A stretch of 63,657 bases of DNA, counting the filler, from Octopus bimaculoides (lineage: Eukaryota): the NCBI RefSeq assembly GCF_001194135.2. It is 6 parts of 5 records of this genome, joined end to end, with 100 filler letters (N's around TTAATTAATTAA, not from the genome) between each part and the next. Parts side by side here need not be neighbours in the genome. Positions count along the whole stretch, not along the records: positions 50,245 to 55,274 come from NC_068981.1; positions 55,375 to 61,077 come from NC_068995.1; positions 61,178 to 63,657 come from NC_068995.1; 3 more parts are not named here. The stretch is one strand, 5' to 3'. Positions 53,643 to 63,657 of the stretch are shown piece after piece. The position numbers were made by a program, and so were the translations under genes. The notes under the pieces are model-generated. The model saw only the letters and a program-made list of their open reading frames with translations. It made no database searches and was not told where the DNA came from. How positions within the stretch are numbered: position 1 is the first letter of the stretch; every line of letters begins with the position of its first letter.

Positions 53643-56080
53643 GAACATGCCTCAATCACAAACCACATCAACAACACAACATCCGCCACAACCACCACCA
53701 CCACACCATCACACCACCACCACCACCACCACCAACAACAACAACAACTACTACAACAAACAGCTTCCATCACTTCCATCACCATCATCATCACGACCGN
53801 NNNNNNNNNNNNNNNNNNNNNNNNNNNNNNNNNNNNNNNNNNNNNNNNNNNNNNNNNNNNNNNNNNNNNNNNNNNNNNNNNNNNNNNNNNNNNNNNNNNN
53901 NNNNNNNNNNNNNNNNNNNNNNNNNNNNNNNNNNNNNNNNNNNNNNNNNNNNNNNNNNNNNNNNNNNNNNNNNNNNNNNNNNNNNNNNNNNNNNNNNNNN
54001 NNNNNNNNNNNNNNNNNNNNNNNNNNNNNNNNNNNNNNNNNNNNNNNNNNNNNNNNNNNNNNNNNNNNNNNNNNNNNNNNNNNNNNNNNNNNNNNNNNNN
54101 NNNNNNNNNNNNNNNNNNNNNNNNNNNNNNNNNNNNNNNNNNNNNNNNNNNNNNNNNNNNNNNNNNNNNNNNNNNNNNNNNNNNNNNNNNNNNNNNNNNN
54201 NNNNNNNNNNNNNNNNNNNNNNNNNNNNNNNNNNNNNNNNNNNNNNNNNNNNNNNNNNNNNNNNNNNNNNNNNNNNNNNNNNNNNNNNNNNNNNNNNNNN
54301 NNNNNNNNNNNNNNNNNNNNNNNNNNNNNNNNNNNNNNNNNNNNNNNNNNNNNNNNNNNNNNNNNNNNNNNNNNNNNNNNNNNNNNNNNNNNNNNNNNNN
54401 NNNNNNNNNNNNNNNNNNNNNNNNNNNNNNNNNNNNNNNNNNNNNNNNNNNNNNNNNNNNNNNNNNNNNNNNNNNNNNNNNNNNNNNNNNNNNNNNNNNN
54501 NNNNNNNNNNNNNNNNNNNNNNNNNNNNNNNNNNNNNNNNNNNNNNNNNNNNNNNNNNNNNNNNNNNNNNNNNNNNNNNNNNNNNNNNNNNNNNNNNNNN
54601 NNNNNNNNNNNNNNNNNNNNNNNNNNNNNNNNNNNNNNNNNNNNNNNNNNNNNNNNNNNNNNNNNNNNNNNNNNNNNNNNNNNNNNNNNNNNNNTCGTCT
54701 CCACAAAGTGAATTCCTGAAGAATTGCGAACCATTTATCATTAACACATTGTGATGAAATTTGCCGTGTTTCAAGGAAGTGGTGGGAGGGGGGCTTGACG
54801 GGGGATAGGAGTAACGGTAGTTAAGGCTTTTGCAGGAGGCACACTAATTAGGAACAGAAAGGGATCATGCACACACACACACATAAACACACACGTACAC
54901 ATACACACACGCACACACGCACACACACACACATATAGATAGCATGTATGTATGCATGTATGTATGTATNNNNNNNNNNTAACCACAAACAATTCATTTT
55001 CTACAATATTATCCTCCTCCTCGCTTTTCTTTCCCTTTCGTTCACTTGTTACATTCTGTTCATGCCTTTGCTTTCTTCTTAATTTCCCCCCGTCATATAT
55101 CATCTGGGGGCTTCTTTTTTTCTTCTTTTCACTTCGTTGGTATTATCTGTTTTCTTCGACTCTCTCTCACCCTCTTCTTCTTCTTTTTCTTCTTCTTCTT
55201 CTTCTTCTTCTTCTTCTTCTTCTTCTTCTTCTTCTTCTTCTTCTTCTTCTTCTTCTTCTTCTTCTTCTTCTTCTNNNNNNNNNNNNNNNNNNNNNNNNNN
55301 NNNNNNNNNNNNNNNNNNTTAATTAATTAANNNNNNNNNNNNNNNNNNNNNNNNNNNNNNNNNNNNNNNNNNNNTATATATATATATATATATATATATA
55401 TTCTTTTATTCTTTTACTTGTTTCAGTCATTCACTGCGACCGTGATGGAGCTCCGCCTTATATATTTCGTTATTTTTGAAATCAGAAAGTTTAGAATGAC
55501 TGAAGGGCCGATAGCTTCTTGCGTGGTACTTAAGCTTGGACTGTGCAATTTGAGGTAGATTTGTCAAGAGAATATGTTGACGATCACTTCTATTATTCCG
55601 ACTTGACATGTATACGTGGCTGCCACGTTTAGTTAGTCGAGATTCACGATCATGTTCATTATTTCAATTCGACATATATATGGCGCTGCCACGTTTAGCT
55701 AGTCGAGCAACCATGTTGAGTCACCTCGGTTCACTGCTCGCATTGTTGTAGGCTTCGATTAAGCTTTTTAAAGTCAGCATATTTAATCAAATTAATTTCG
55801 TATCCCTTCAATTCAATTACATGTTAACCAATATTATTTTAATTCTGTTATGTTAAACACAATTATCGCTGCATTGAATTTTGAATTTTAATTTGTTTCT
55901 TTTTTTGGTATTTTTCTTTGGGGGGTTTTGAATAAATTTCCAGATACTATTTCACATATTTCCGCTAATCTGTGAAAGATTTTATCGCAGATCCTCTATC
56001 CGTCATATTATAGCAAACAAATACAACCGTGTGAAAATGTCCTCTCAATTTCCCGGTTCTTTCTTCTCTATTAACTTGCA

Positions 56081-56177
56081 AGGGGTATTTGAGTAGGGAT
56101 ATTTGAGTAGGGGTATTTGAGTAGGGGTATTTGAGTAGGGGGATTTGAGTAGGGGGATTTGAGTAGGGGTATTTGAG
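56081..56177. repeat. 14-bp minisatellite AGGGGTATTTGAGT, 7 copies
   Basis: Units start at 56081, 56095, 56109, 56123, 56137, 56151 and 56165. Confidence 0.95.
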
Positions 56178-56198
56178 CTCACTTAACCATCATTGTAG

Positions 56199-56229
<31 letters not shown>

Positions 56230-57385
56230 AAATGGTTGTGGTAGTAGTGGTGGGTGATACTATTAGTAGTAATGGTGGTTGTAGTAAAAGTAGTAGTAGC
56301 AGTAGCAGTAGTAGTAGCAGTAGTTGTAGTGGTGGTGGTGGTGGTGTTGGTGTTGGTAGTAGTGGTGTCAGTATTAACAGCTGTAGTGTCGATGATGGTC
56401 GTAGTACTAGTGGTGACAGTGATGGTGGTAATGGTGGAGGTAGTTGTAGTAGCAGTTCAAGTAGCAGTAGTCGTTGCGCTGGTGGTAATATTGGTGTGGG
56501 TGGTGGCAATGGCGGTGGTAGGTGTAGCGGTAATATTAGTGGTGGTGGTGGTGGNNNNNNNNNNNNNNNNNNNNNNNNNNNNNNNNNNNNNNNNNNNNNN
56601 NNNNNNNNNNNNNNNNNNNNNNNNNNNNNNNNNNNNNNNNNNNNNNNNNNNNNNNNNNNNNNNNNNNNNNNNNNNNNNNNNNNNNNNNNNNNNNNNNNNN
56701 NNNNNNNNNNNNNNNNNNNNNNNNNNNNNNNNNNNNNNNNNNNNNNNNNNNNNNNNNNNNNNNNNNNNNNNNNNNNNNNNNNNNNNNNNNNNNNNNNNNN
56801 NNNNNNNNNNNNNNNNNNNNNNNNNNNNNNNNNNNNNNNNNNNNNNNNNNNNNNNNNNNNNNNNNNNNNNNNNNNNNNNNNNNNNNNNNNNNNNNNNNNN
56901 NNNNNNNNNNNNNNNNNNNNNNNNNNNNNNNNNNNNNNNNNNNNNNNNNNNNNNNNNNNNNNNNNNNNNNNNNNNNNNNNNNNNNNNNNNNNNNNNNNNN
57001 NNNNNNNNNNNNNNNNNNNNNNNNNNNNNNNNNNNNNNNNNNNNNNNNNNNNNNNNNNNNNNNNNNNNNNNNNNNNNNNNNNNNNNNNNNNNNNNNNNNN
57101 NNNNNNNNNNNNNNNNNNNNNNNNNNNNNNNNNNNNNNNNNNNNNNNNNNNNNNNNNNNNNNNNNNNNNNNNNNNNNNNNNNNNNNNNNNNNNNNNNNNN
57201 NNNNNNNNNNNNNNNNNNNNNNNNNNNNNNNNNNNNNNNNNNNNNNNNNNNNNNNNNNNNNNNNNNNNNNNNNNNNNNNNNNNNNNNNNNNNNNNNNNNN
57301 NNNNNNNNNNNNNNNNNNNNNNNNNNNNNNNNNNNNNNNNNNNNNNNNNNNNNNNNNNNNNNNNNNNNNNNNNNNNNNNNNNNNN

Positions 57386-57671
57386 CATTTCGCCCGGCGC
57401 ACTAACGTTTCTGCCAGCTCGTCGCTCAACACAGTTTCCTCATTTCTTTATTGCCCACAAGGGGCTCAACACAGAGGGGACAAACAAGGACAGACAAAGG
57501 GATTAAGTCGATTAGATTGGCCCCAGTACGTAACTGGTACTTAATTTATCGACCCCGAGAGGATGAAAGGCAAAGTTGACCTCGGCGGAATTTGAACTCA
57601 GAACGTAACGGCAGACGAAGTACCGCTAAGCATTTCGCCCGGCGCACTAACGTTTCTGCCAGCTCGTCGCT
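57386..57671 (-). mobile_element. SINE family B, full copy plus a duplicated head
   Basis: The head plus 14-bp flank (tcaacacagtttcc) occurs twice, 246 bp apart, next to a gap. Confidence 0.85.
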
Positions 57672-58756
57672 CAACACAGTTTCCGCCAACCAAATTTACT
57701 CACAAGGCCACCCTGGGACTTTAGTAGAAGTCTCCCCACCCCACCTCGCAAGGTGCTACGCAGTGGGATTGAATCCGTAACCAGATGGTTGCAAAGCGAG
57801 CTTTCTAACCACACAGCCAAGCTTCATACTGTCAGAATATCTAACGTGGATTATGCGTTTGTCTCATGCATTGATATTTAGCAGGAAATTAGTGAGTTAA
57901 ATCATTGTCCTCTTCTAGATTCATTTCGCTAAAAGCTCCCTTAATGCTCCCATAGGCTTCCACCACAATTAGGGGATTAATACTGACCACTTTTTCAACT
58001 CCTGTCTTTGATCAGACGTTTGATTGTCGGACGTGGCTATCCATCCGGTAACAATAACGTCTTGGTCGACAGTGGTTTGGTTGTTATTTCTAGCAAGTCC
58101 GGTGGAGTGGCCGCTAGGCGGCTCCCTAGTGTTTAATGATCGTGTTAATGTAGATGTAGTGGTAGTGGTGATGGTGGTGGCAATGGTGATGGTAGTGATG
58201 GTGGTGGTTGTGGTGGTGGTGATGATGGTGATTGTGATGGGGTGGTGGCAGTGGTGATAGTAGTAGGGGTGGTGACAGTGGGGAGGGGATGGGGGTGATT
58301 GTGGTGGTGCTGATGTTGATGTCGATGGTGATGGAGGGAGTGGTGTTAATCGGGCAGTAGCGGTGGTGGTAGTGGTAGCGCCAGTGGTGGTGGTAGTGGT
58401 AGCGCCAGTGGTGGTGATGGTGGTGGCGCTGGTGCTAGTAATGGTGGTAGTTGTGATGGTATTGGTGATCGTAGTGGTAATGGTAGCAGTGGCAATTGTG
58501 GTAGTAGTAGCAGGAATAATGGTGGTGGTGGTGGTGGTGGCACTGGTGGTAAGAATGCCAGTGGTGCTGGTGGTGCTAATATTTTATACAACTCTGCCAG
58601 GCTGTTTACATAAGATTTATTCATTTGTGTGTTTGCTCCGAGGAATTTTCAAAAGCTCGATTAGTGATTCTTTGTTTGTATTTTTAATGTTGTTGCTATC
58701 CCCAATATTGTCTTCAACGCAATAGCAGCAGCAGCAGCAGCAGTAGCAGCAGCAGC

Positions 58757-58799
<43 letters not shown>

Positions 58800-58846
58800 A
58801 GTTGTAGTTTTTAGTTATAGTTCACTAACATAACCGTATTCCATAT

Positions 58847-58926
58847 TGCCTGGAATCGAACTCGTAATCTTGGGGTTAATAACCCGCGCGCTACTAACCC
58901 CAAGGTTCCGAGTTCGATTCCAGGCA
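58847..58926. repeat. 80-nt hairpin formed by inverted duplication of the SINE head
   Basis: 18-bp perfect outer stem TGCCTGGAATCGAACTCG/CGAGTTCGATTCCAGGCA and inner stem CTTGGGGTTA/TAACCCCAAG. Confidence 0.9.
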
Positions 58927-58936
58927 GTGACCTGAA

Positions 58937-58995
<59 letters not shown>

Positions 58996-59170
58996 ATAAT
59001 AATAATAATAACAACACCAACAGCAACATCAAAAAATACCTTAGGAATGAGAACCCAGGTTCGTAATTTCCTCAAAACACCTGATGAAGGCTGGAGGGTA
59101 TATTAGCCGAAACGTTGTGTTAACAACAAACAGGATGAGGACAAATATCTGTCAAATGTAAATAATGTAT
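58885..59170 (+). mobile_element. tRNA-headed SINE-like element with microsatellite linker and hammerhead-bearing tail
   Basis: B-box GTTCGATTCC at 58912-58921. The same head (ctactaaccccaag...gagttcgattccaggcagtgacc) occurs on the minus strand at 10262-10327. A (TAC)n(AAT)n linker is followed by a non-repetitive tail containing the HHR motif. Confidence 0.6.
59076..59121 (+). ncRNA. Minimal type I hammerhead ribozyme motif (Penelope-like element type)
   Basis: Stem I AACAC/GTGTT. Core CTGATGA (59081-87) plus one extra A. Stem II GGCTGG/TTAGCC with an 8-nt loop. GAAA (59109-12). Loopless palindromic stem III ACGT. NUH triplet GUU, with predicted cleavage at 59116/59117. Confidence 0.7.
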
Positions 59171-59347
59171 AACACATCGTCCCGCTGATTTTTCTTATCA
59201 TACACAGAGCTTTCTGCAGTATTTCATCTCTTCTAGCGAATGTCTAAGCTAACCGTGAAGGTGGGCATTAAAGCTTACGGCTTCAAAGGAAAATACACAA
59301 AGTCCCAAAGAAAACCGCAGACGTCTGTAGAAATCGTGATCCATCAT

Positions 59348-59691
59348 GTGTGTGTGTTGGCACCCCGTCGCTTACGACGTCGAGGGTTACAGTTGATCCG
59401 ATCAACGGAACAGCCTGCTCGTGAAATTAACGTGCAAGTGGCTGAGAACTCCACAGACACGTGTACCCTTAACGTAGTTCTCGGGGATATTCAGGCACAA
59501 CAGAAATAGGAAGTAAGAGTGAGAGAAAGTTGTGGTGGAAGAGTACAGAAGGGTTCGTCACCATCCCTGCCGGAGCCTCGAAGAGCTTTAGATGTTTTCG
59601 CTCAATAAACACTCACAACGTCTGGGAATCGAAACCGCGATCCTATGACCGCGAGTCAGCTGCCCTAACCACTGGGCCATTGCGCCTCCAC
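59348..59691 (-). mobile_element. tRNA-derived SINE, family C, with 13-bp TSD
   Basis: Homologous to 9103-9485; flanks CGTGATCCATCAT and CGTGATCCGTCAT. Confidence 0.9.
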
Positions 59692-60229
59692 CGTGATCCG
59701 TCATATACACGCGCGAAATCATGATCCGTCATATACCGAAGTGTCGGATTTTGCTGCCACACCTCACCTCATCATCCTACGTCCACCGAAGAGCGGTTTT
59801 TCCTTAGTGTCTTAGAGCCTTCATCTTAGTTTCTTCATACAGCACGACATTATTGCCTCATATTGACGAAATGACGACGAAGAGACATTCTACATGATAG
59901 CACGGAGGCCAAGACGCCCTTTTTTTTAAGTAGCCTTTTCTTAACTGGTTGCTATCTTCCCTTACAATCTACAGATATTTATCGCTACGTCTTTAATAAA
60001 TTTTATTGATTATACACTAACCTTTCTCCTTAACGAGCACCATCATCTGTCATTAATTATTGACCCGCCAACTCGCGTCTAGCTGACTCACTAATCCGGC
60101 CCATGTAAGCTTCCGTTCCGGAAACAATAATGATGAAGACGATTCTTTTAGTATCTTTCTCTGGTCTGTCTAGAATGTAGCGGCCACCATATTTTCCTGT
60201 TGGTTCTCATAACTATAGTCTTGTGCGTT

Positions 60230-60234
60230 TAGTG

Positions 60235-60331
<97 letters not shown>

Positions 60332-60390
60332 TAATGTTACAGATAAAAACTATTAAAAATGAATAACTATGAGAATGATGATGCTGGTAG

Positions 60391-60440
<50 letters not shown>

Positions 60441-60617
60441 TTGATGATGATGATGATGTAGATGATAATCGTGATGACGATTGCGACGATGAGAACGACC
60501 AAGACGATGATGATGACGACGACGATAAATGACGAGGGCGGTAATGAAGATCATAATGACGATGATGTTGATGACGATGATAATGATGATGATGATGATG
60601 ACGATGATGATTATGAC

Positions 60618-60661
<44 letters not shown>

Positions 60662-61077
60662 CAATTATGATGATGATGATGATGCTGATGATGATGACGA
60701 CGACGATGTTGATGCTGATAGTGATGCCGACGATGATGACGATGATGACAACGACGTTGATGTTGGTGACAATGATGATGGGCCGGTGAAGTTGATTGTG
60801 ATGATAATGTCAGTTAAAGTGTTAATGATAACGAGGATAATGGCATTACGTATGATGCCAATGATGATGATGCTGATGATGTTGGCGATGACGGTAGGGG
60901 GTCAATGTACTGGAGGTAGTAAGTGGTGGTAGTAGCAGTAGTTTCATGTATGGTAGTGTGGTTCTAGTATTTATGATAAATACTGCTGCTGCTGCTGTTG
61001 ATATTCATCATCATCATCTCACCACCACCATCACCATCACCACCACCACCACCACCACCACCACTACTTCCACCACC
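60230..61077. repeat. Compound trinucleotide microsatellite field (AAT, GAT/GAC, CAC)
   Basis: Directly visible; other such fields lie at 56195-56554 and 58150-58800. Confidence 0.95.
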
Positions 61078-61177
61078 NNNNNNNNNNNNNNNNNNNNNNN
61101 NNNNNNNNNNNNNNNNNNNNNTTAATTAATTAANNNNNNNNNNNNNNNNNNNNNNNNNNNNNNNNNNNNNNNNNNNN

Positions 61178-61479
61178 CTCATCCACCTTATTCTCCCGAC
61201 CTTGCTCCTTCAGACTACTATTTGTTTCGTAGTTTACAGAATCATTTGTGGGACATAACTTTCGCAAGCCAGGAGGAGGTCGAAACTGACATTTCAGAGT
61301 TCTTCACTTTGAAACCAAAAGAGTTTTACATTGATGGGATTAAAAAGCTTGTAAATAGATGGAAGGAAGTCATAGATAATCAGGGAAAATACATTAATGA
61401 TTAAATTTCAATTAAATATAACATTAGATTACTTGTTTTCTTTATTCAAAATTCGGACAGAACTTATGGGATGACCTGA
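61178..61479 (+). mobile_element. mariner 3' half with right TIR (same family as 45650)
   Basis: HPPYSPDLAPSDYYLFRSLQNHL..GIKKLVNRWKEVIDNQGKYIND*; TIR CGGACAGAACTTATGGGATGACCTGA followed by TA. Confidence 0.9.
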
Positions 61480-61502
61480 TACATCTAAATCCTACACGCA
61501 CG

Positions 61503-61537
<35 letters not shown>

Positions 61538-61562
61538 CTTTAAATATCATAATCGACTAGAT

Positions 61563-61633
61563 CAGCGTTTATAAAACTTTTTTTTATCGCGACCCACTGA
61601 AGGGTCAAGACCAAAACAATTTGAAAAACGCTG
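61563..61633. mobile_element. 71-bp hAT-like micro-MITE
   Basis: Imperfect TIRs CAGCGTTTATAAAA and TTTGAAAAACGCTG; 8-bp flanks GACTAGAT and GACTAGAC (one mismatch) centred on CTAG. Confidence 0.6.
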
Positions 61634-62099
61634 GACTAGACTATCGGATGTTGTTATACAACGCTGGTTACAATGCGCTTGATATTGTTTTAGCTTTCGA
61701 ATAATGCTACCGCGCTGGCTAGGCGAGCAGGCCAACTTTCCATCTGATCGGAAGCCTAGTCCGTCGCAGGCTACCCATTTGCAGCTGAATGGACTGGAAC
61801 AACGTCCATGTTTTGCTGAAGAACATAAAGCGCCAGTAGGCCACGCGCCTTCACTATTTATAAATATATTCGTACAAATGACTATACTGTATGGTACTGA
61901 GTATTTTACTTCAAATTGTCATTCTCCCAGTTGTGTGTGCGCGCATAAATCACTGCAAAGCATTATCAAGGTATGAAGGTGCTACAAGAATGTAGGTGAA
62001 GCTACTTGGTCGAGATTGACTTCAGTTATTACGGGAGCTAACCCCTTCTTTTCCCCTGGCTAGTCAGTTGCCTGCAACTGAACCAAGACAAAAGCTAGT

Positions 62100-62650
62100 C
62101 TGTGGCTACAGTTCGGGAGTATAATGGATTTTCTGCTGAGTGGTAGCACGTTATATCAGGTTATAAAGTTTCTAAAATAGAAACTGCAACTGGAATATGG
62201 AAATGTATTGACAATGTCCCAGGTTATAGTAAGACAATCGTGTCCTTGATCTCCCAAGTTTCCAAATGAATTGGAACAGGGTAGTGGAGTTTACCTCTCT
62301 CTCAACCTATAGAACTGAAGATGTTGGTTATATCGTTCTTTAATATCTTTATCAGTAAATTCTTTTGGATACCATCTCATGTGTACGTGCCACTCTATAC
62401 CAAGACTTTGGATAGATAAAATTCTTTTAGCGGACATGTGATTCTATTTCAGCAGTTGCAGATTTGTTGCTGAGGTGGGGGTTATGCAGATGCATGATTT
62501 CAGTTGTTACTTGTAATGCTGGAAGATTTGTCTCGACAGGAGTAGCTTAGCTTAACATTATGTGCATTGAATAGTTTGTGATATTTATGTGTAATCATAA
62601 AGTGGTGCCTTTCTAGAGACAGGAAGTTTCTAGAGATATTTATAGTAACG
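62100..62650 (-). mobile_element. Penelope-like element GIY-YIG region fragment
   Basis: HKYHKLFNAHNVKLSYSC; CNC.NRITCPL; TDKDIKERYNQH; TTLFQFIWKL..ITWDIV. Stops and frameshifts present. Confidence 0.75.
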
Positions 62651-63657
62651 TCTAAGTTATGAGTGGATTAAACTATGTTACTTTCTGTCTCTTGGTTCTC
62701 TACGGATGCGAAATGAACGGAAACTTTTCTGTCTATGAGTGCTACTAATATACCTACCACATCCATCTTTTCATTTGGTAAGCAAACGGCGTCTGTTACA
62801 TCAAAGATGGAATCTTCTGAAAACATGCCACTTATCTTCAGTCCAGTTGATATAGACAATACTCAAATCGTTGTGGTTGCTCTTAAGATGGATCCCTCAT
62901 AAAGCTTACTGGTATATCAGTCGGGCAGAGAGCGAGTTTTCGATTGAATACAGCTGGACGGCAGATGGCGAGAAGGTAGGCGAATCAGTTGTTATTTCCC
63001 CGCATTACAGTTCCCTCGTATAACATTTTCTTTGTGTTTTGGTGATGTTAAACACAAAATAAAAATGTATAATAACTTTAAAAGTTATGTGGTACTAGGT
63101 TGTCGGCCATTACTACGCTGCCGCTAAAAAAAATTGTTAATTGTGCACGTACCTTCATAAATTGTTCAAAGTGAAACTCTGTGTTGCATTGTGTATATGT
63201 TGAAAAACACAGAACATACACGCACACGCACGCACACACACACACGTATGTACGGATGGATGAAGTTCATTTTTTGAAGTTGTGTTGCGTTGTACTGACA
63301 GACTTACACTTAAAATTCCCGCGTTTTTAATCAAAACTTGTTAGTAACCATGATGCCAACACTACCTGTCTCTTTCACACACACATACAAACAAACAAAC
63401 AAACAAGCAAAAGAAATATATATATATATGTATATGGGGCTGACCAAATTGGAGCAATATCGAGTATAACCAGCCGAAATTGCAAAGCTAATCTGGTACT
63501 TGACTGAAGAAAGAAAACTCCGAATGACCCGTCCTTGTTTTCTTTGTATCGTCTATTATCTGGATGTTTTGTTGTCTCCCTTTTTTGTATCACCTAACTG
63601 TCTGGATGTTTTGCATTCTTGTCCCATTTTGTATTTTATATATATATATATATATAT

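Noticed and set aside
57386-57685. Tandem SINE head plus flank duplication as a biological dimer
   Set aside because: It is identical sequence adjacent to a large gap, so assembly redundancy cannot be excluded.
58885-58930. Functional tRNA genes (here and at other SINE heads)
   Set aside because: Only partial cloverleafs with A/B-box remnants are present, embedded in repeated SINE bodies.
60462-60932. Poly-Asp ORF resembling an acidic biomineralisation protein
   Set aside because: It lies in a compound GAT/GAC microsatellite field, has no signal peptide or splice support, and similar fields recur across the window.
62668-62859. 63-aa ORF (MSISTGLK...) as a host gene; likewise 42838-43104 and 43668-43985
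   Set aside because: No recognisable domain or splice support; these are adjacent to TE debris.
63495-63530. CTGAAGA...CCGAAT as a degenerate hammerhead
   Set aside because: Stem II is weak, GAAA is broken and no stem I pairing was found.

Overview
Repeat-saturated, AT-rich animal genomic DNA, most likely from an octopod cephalopod; this is recognised from the SINE families and microsatellite style, not verified by search. The assembly is gappy, and five 100-bp gaps carry an artificial TTAATTAATTAA spacer. There are no prokaryotic operons, rRNA, CRISPR arrays or intact tRNA genes. One host gene is supported on the minus strand. Exons 26866-26962 and 16745-16887 splice in phase to give a TIL-end / VWC-like / LDL-receptor class A Cys-rich module (SCO-spondin/VWF-like architecture). 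A phase-compatible signal-peptide exon lies at 32692-32782, across a spacer gap. The rest is transposon debris and microsatellites: a near full-length dead R4/Dong-clade retrotransposon and fragments of it, three Penelope-like remnants, RTE LINE fragments, Tc1/mariner relics, a Helitron fragment, MITEs and several tRNA-derived SINE families. The most notable observations are: (1) a minimal type I hammerhead ribozyme motif in the tail of a tRNA-headed SINE-like element (59076-59121); (2) an 803-bp foldback element with an 8-bp target-site duplication (TSD) and head-to-head TTAGGG-like repeats (30174-30976); (3) a perfect 202-bp palindrome (8565-8766); (4) R4-clade copies consistently bordering (AAT)n tracts; (5) a sharp CpG-depletion boundary near 32-33 kb that coincides with the putative first exon and with a spacer gap.
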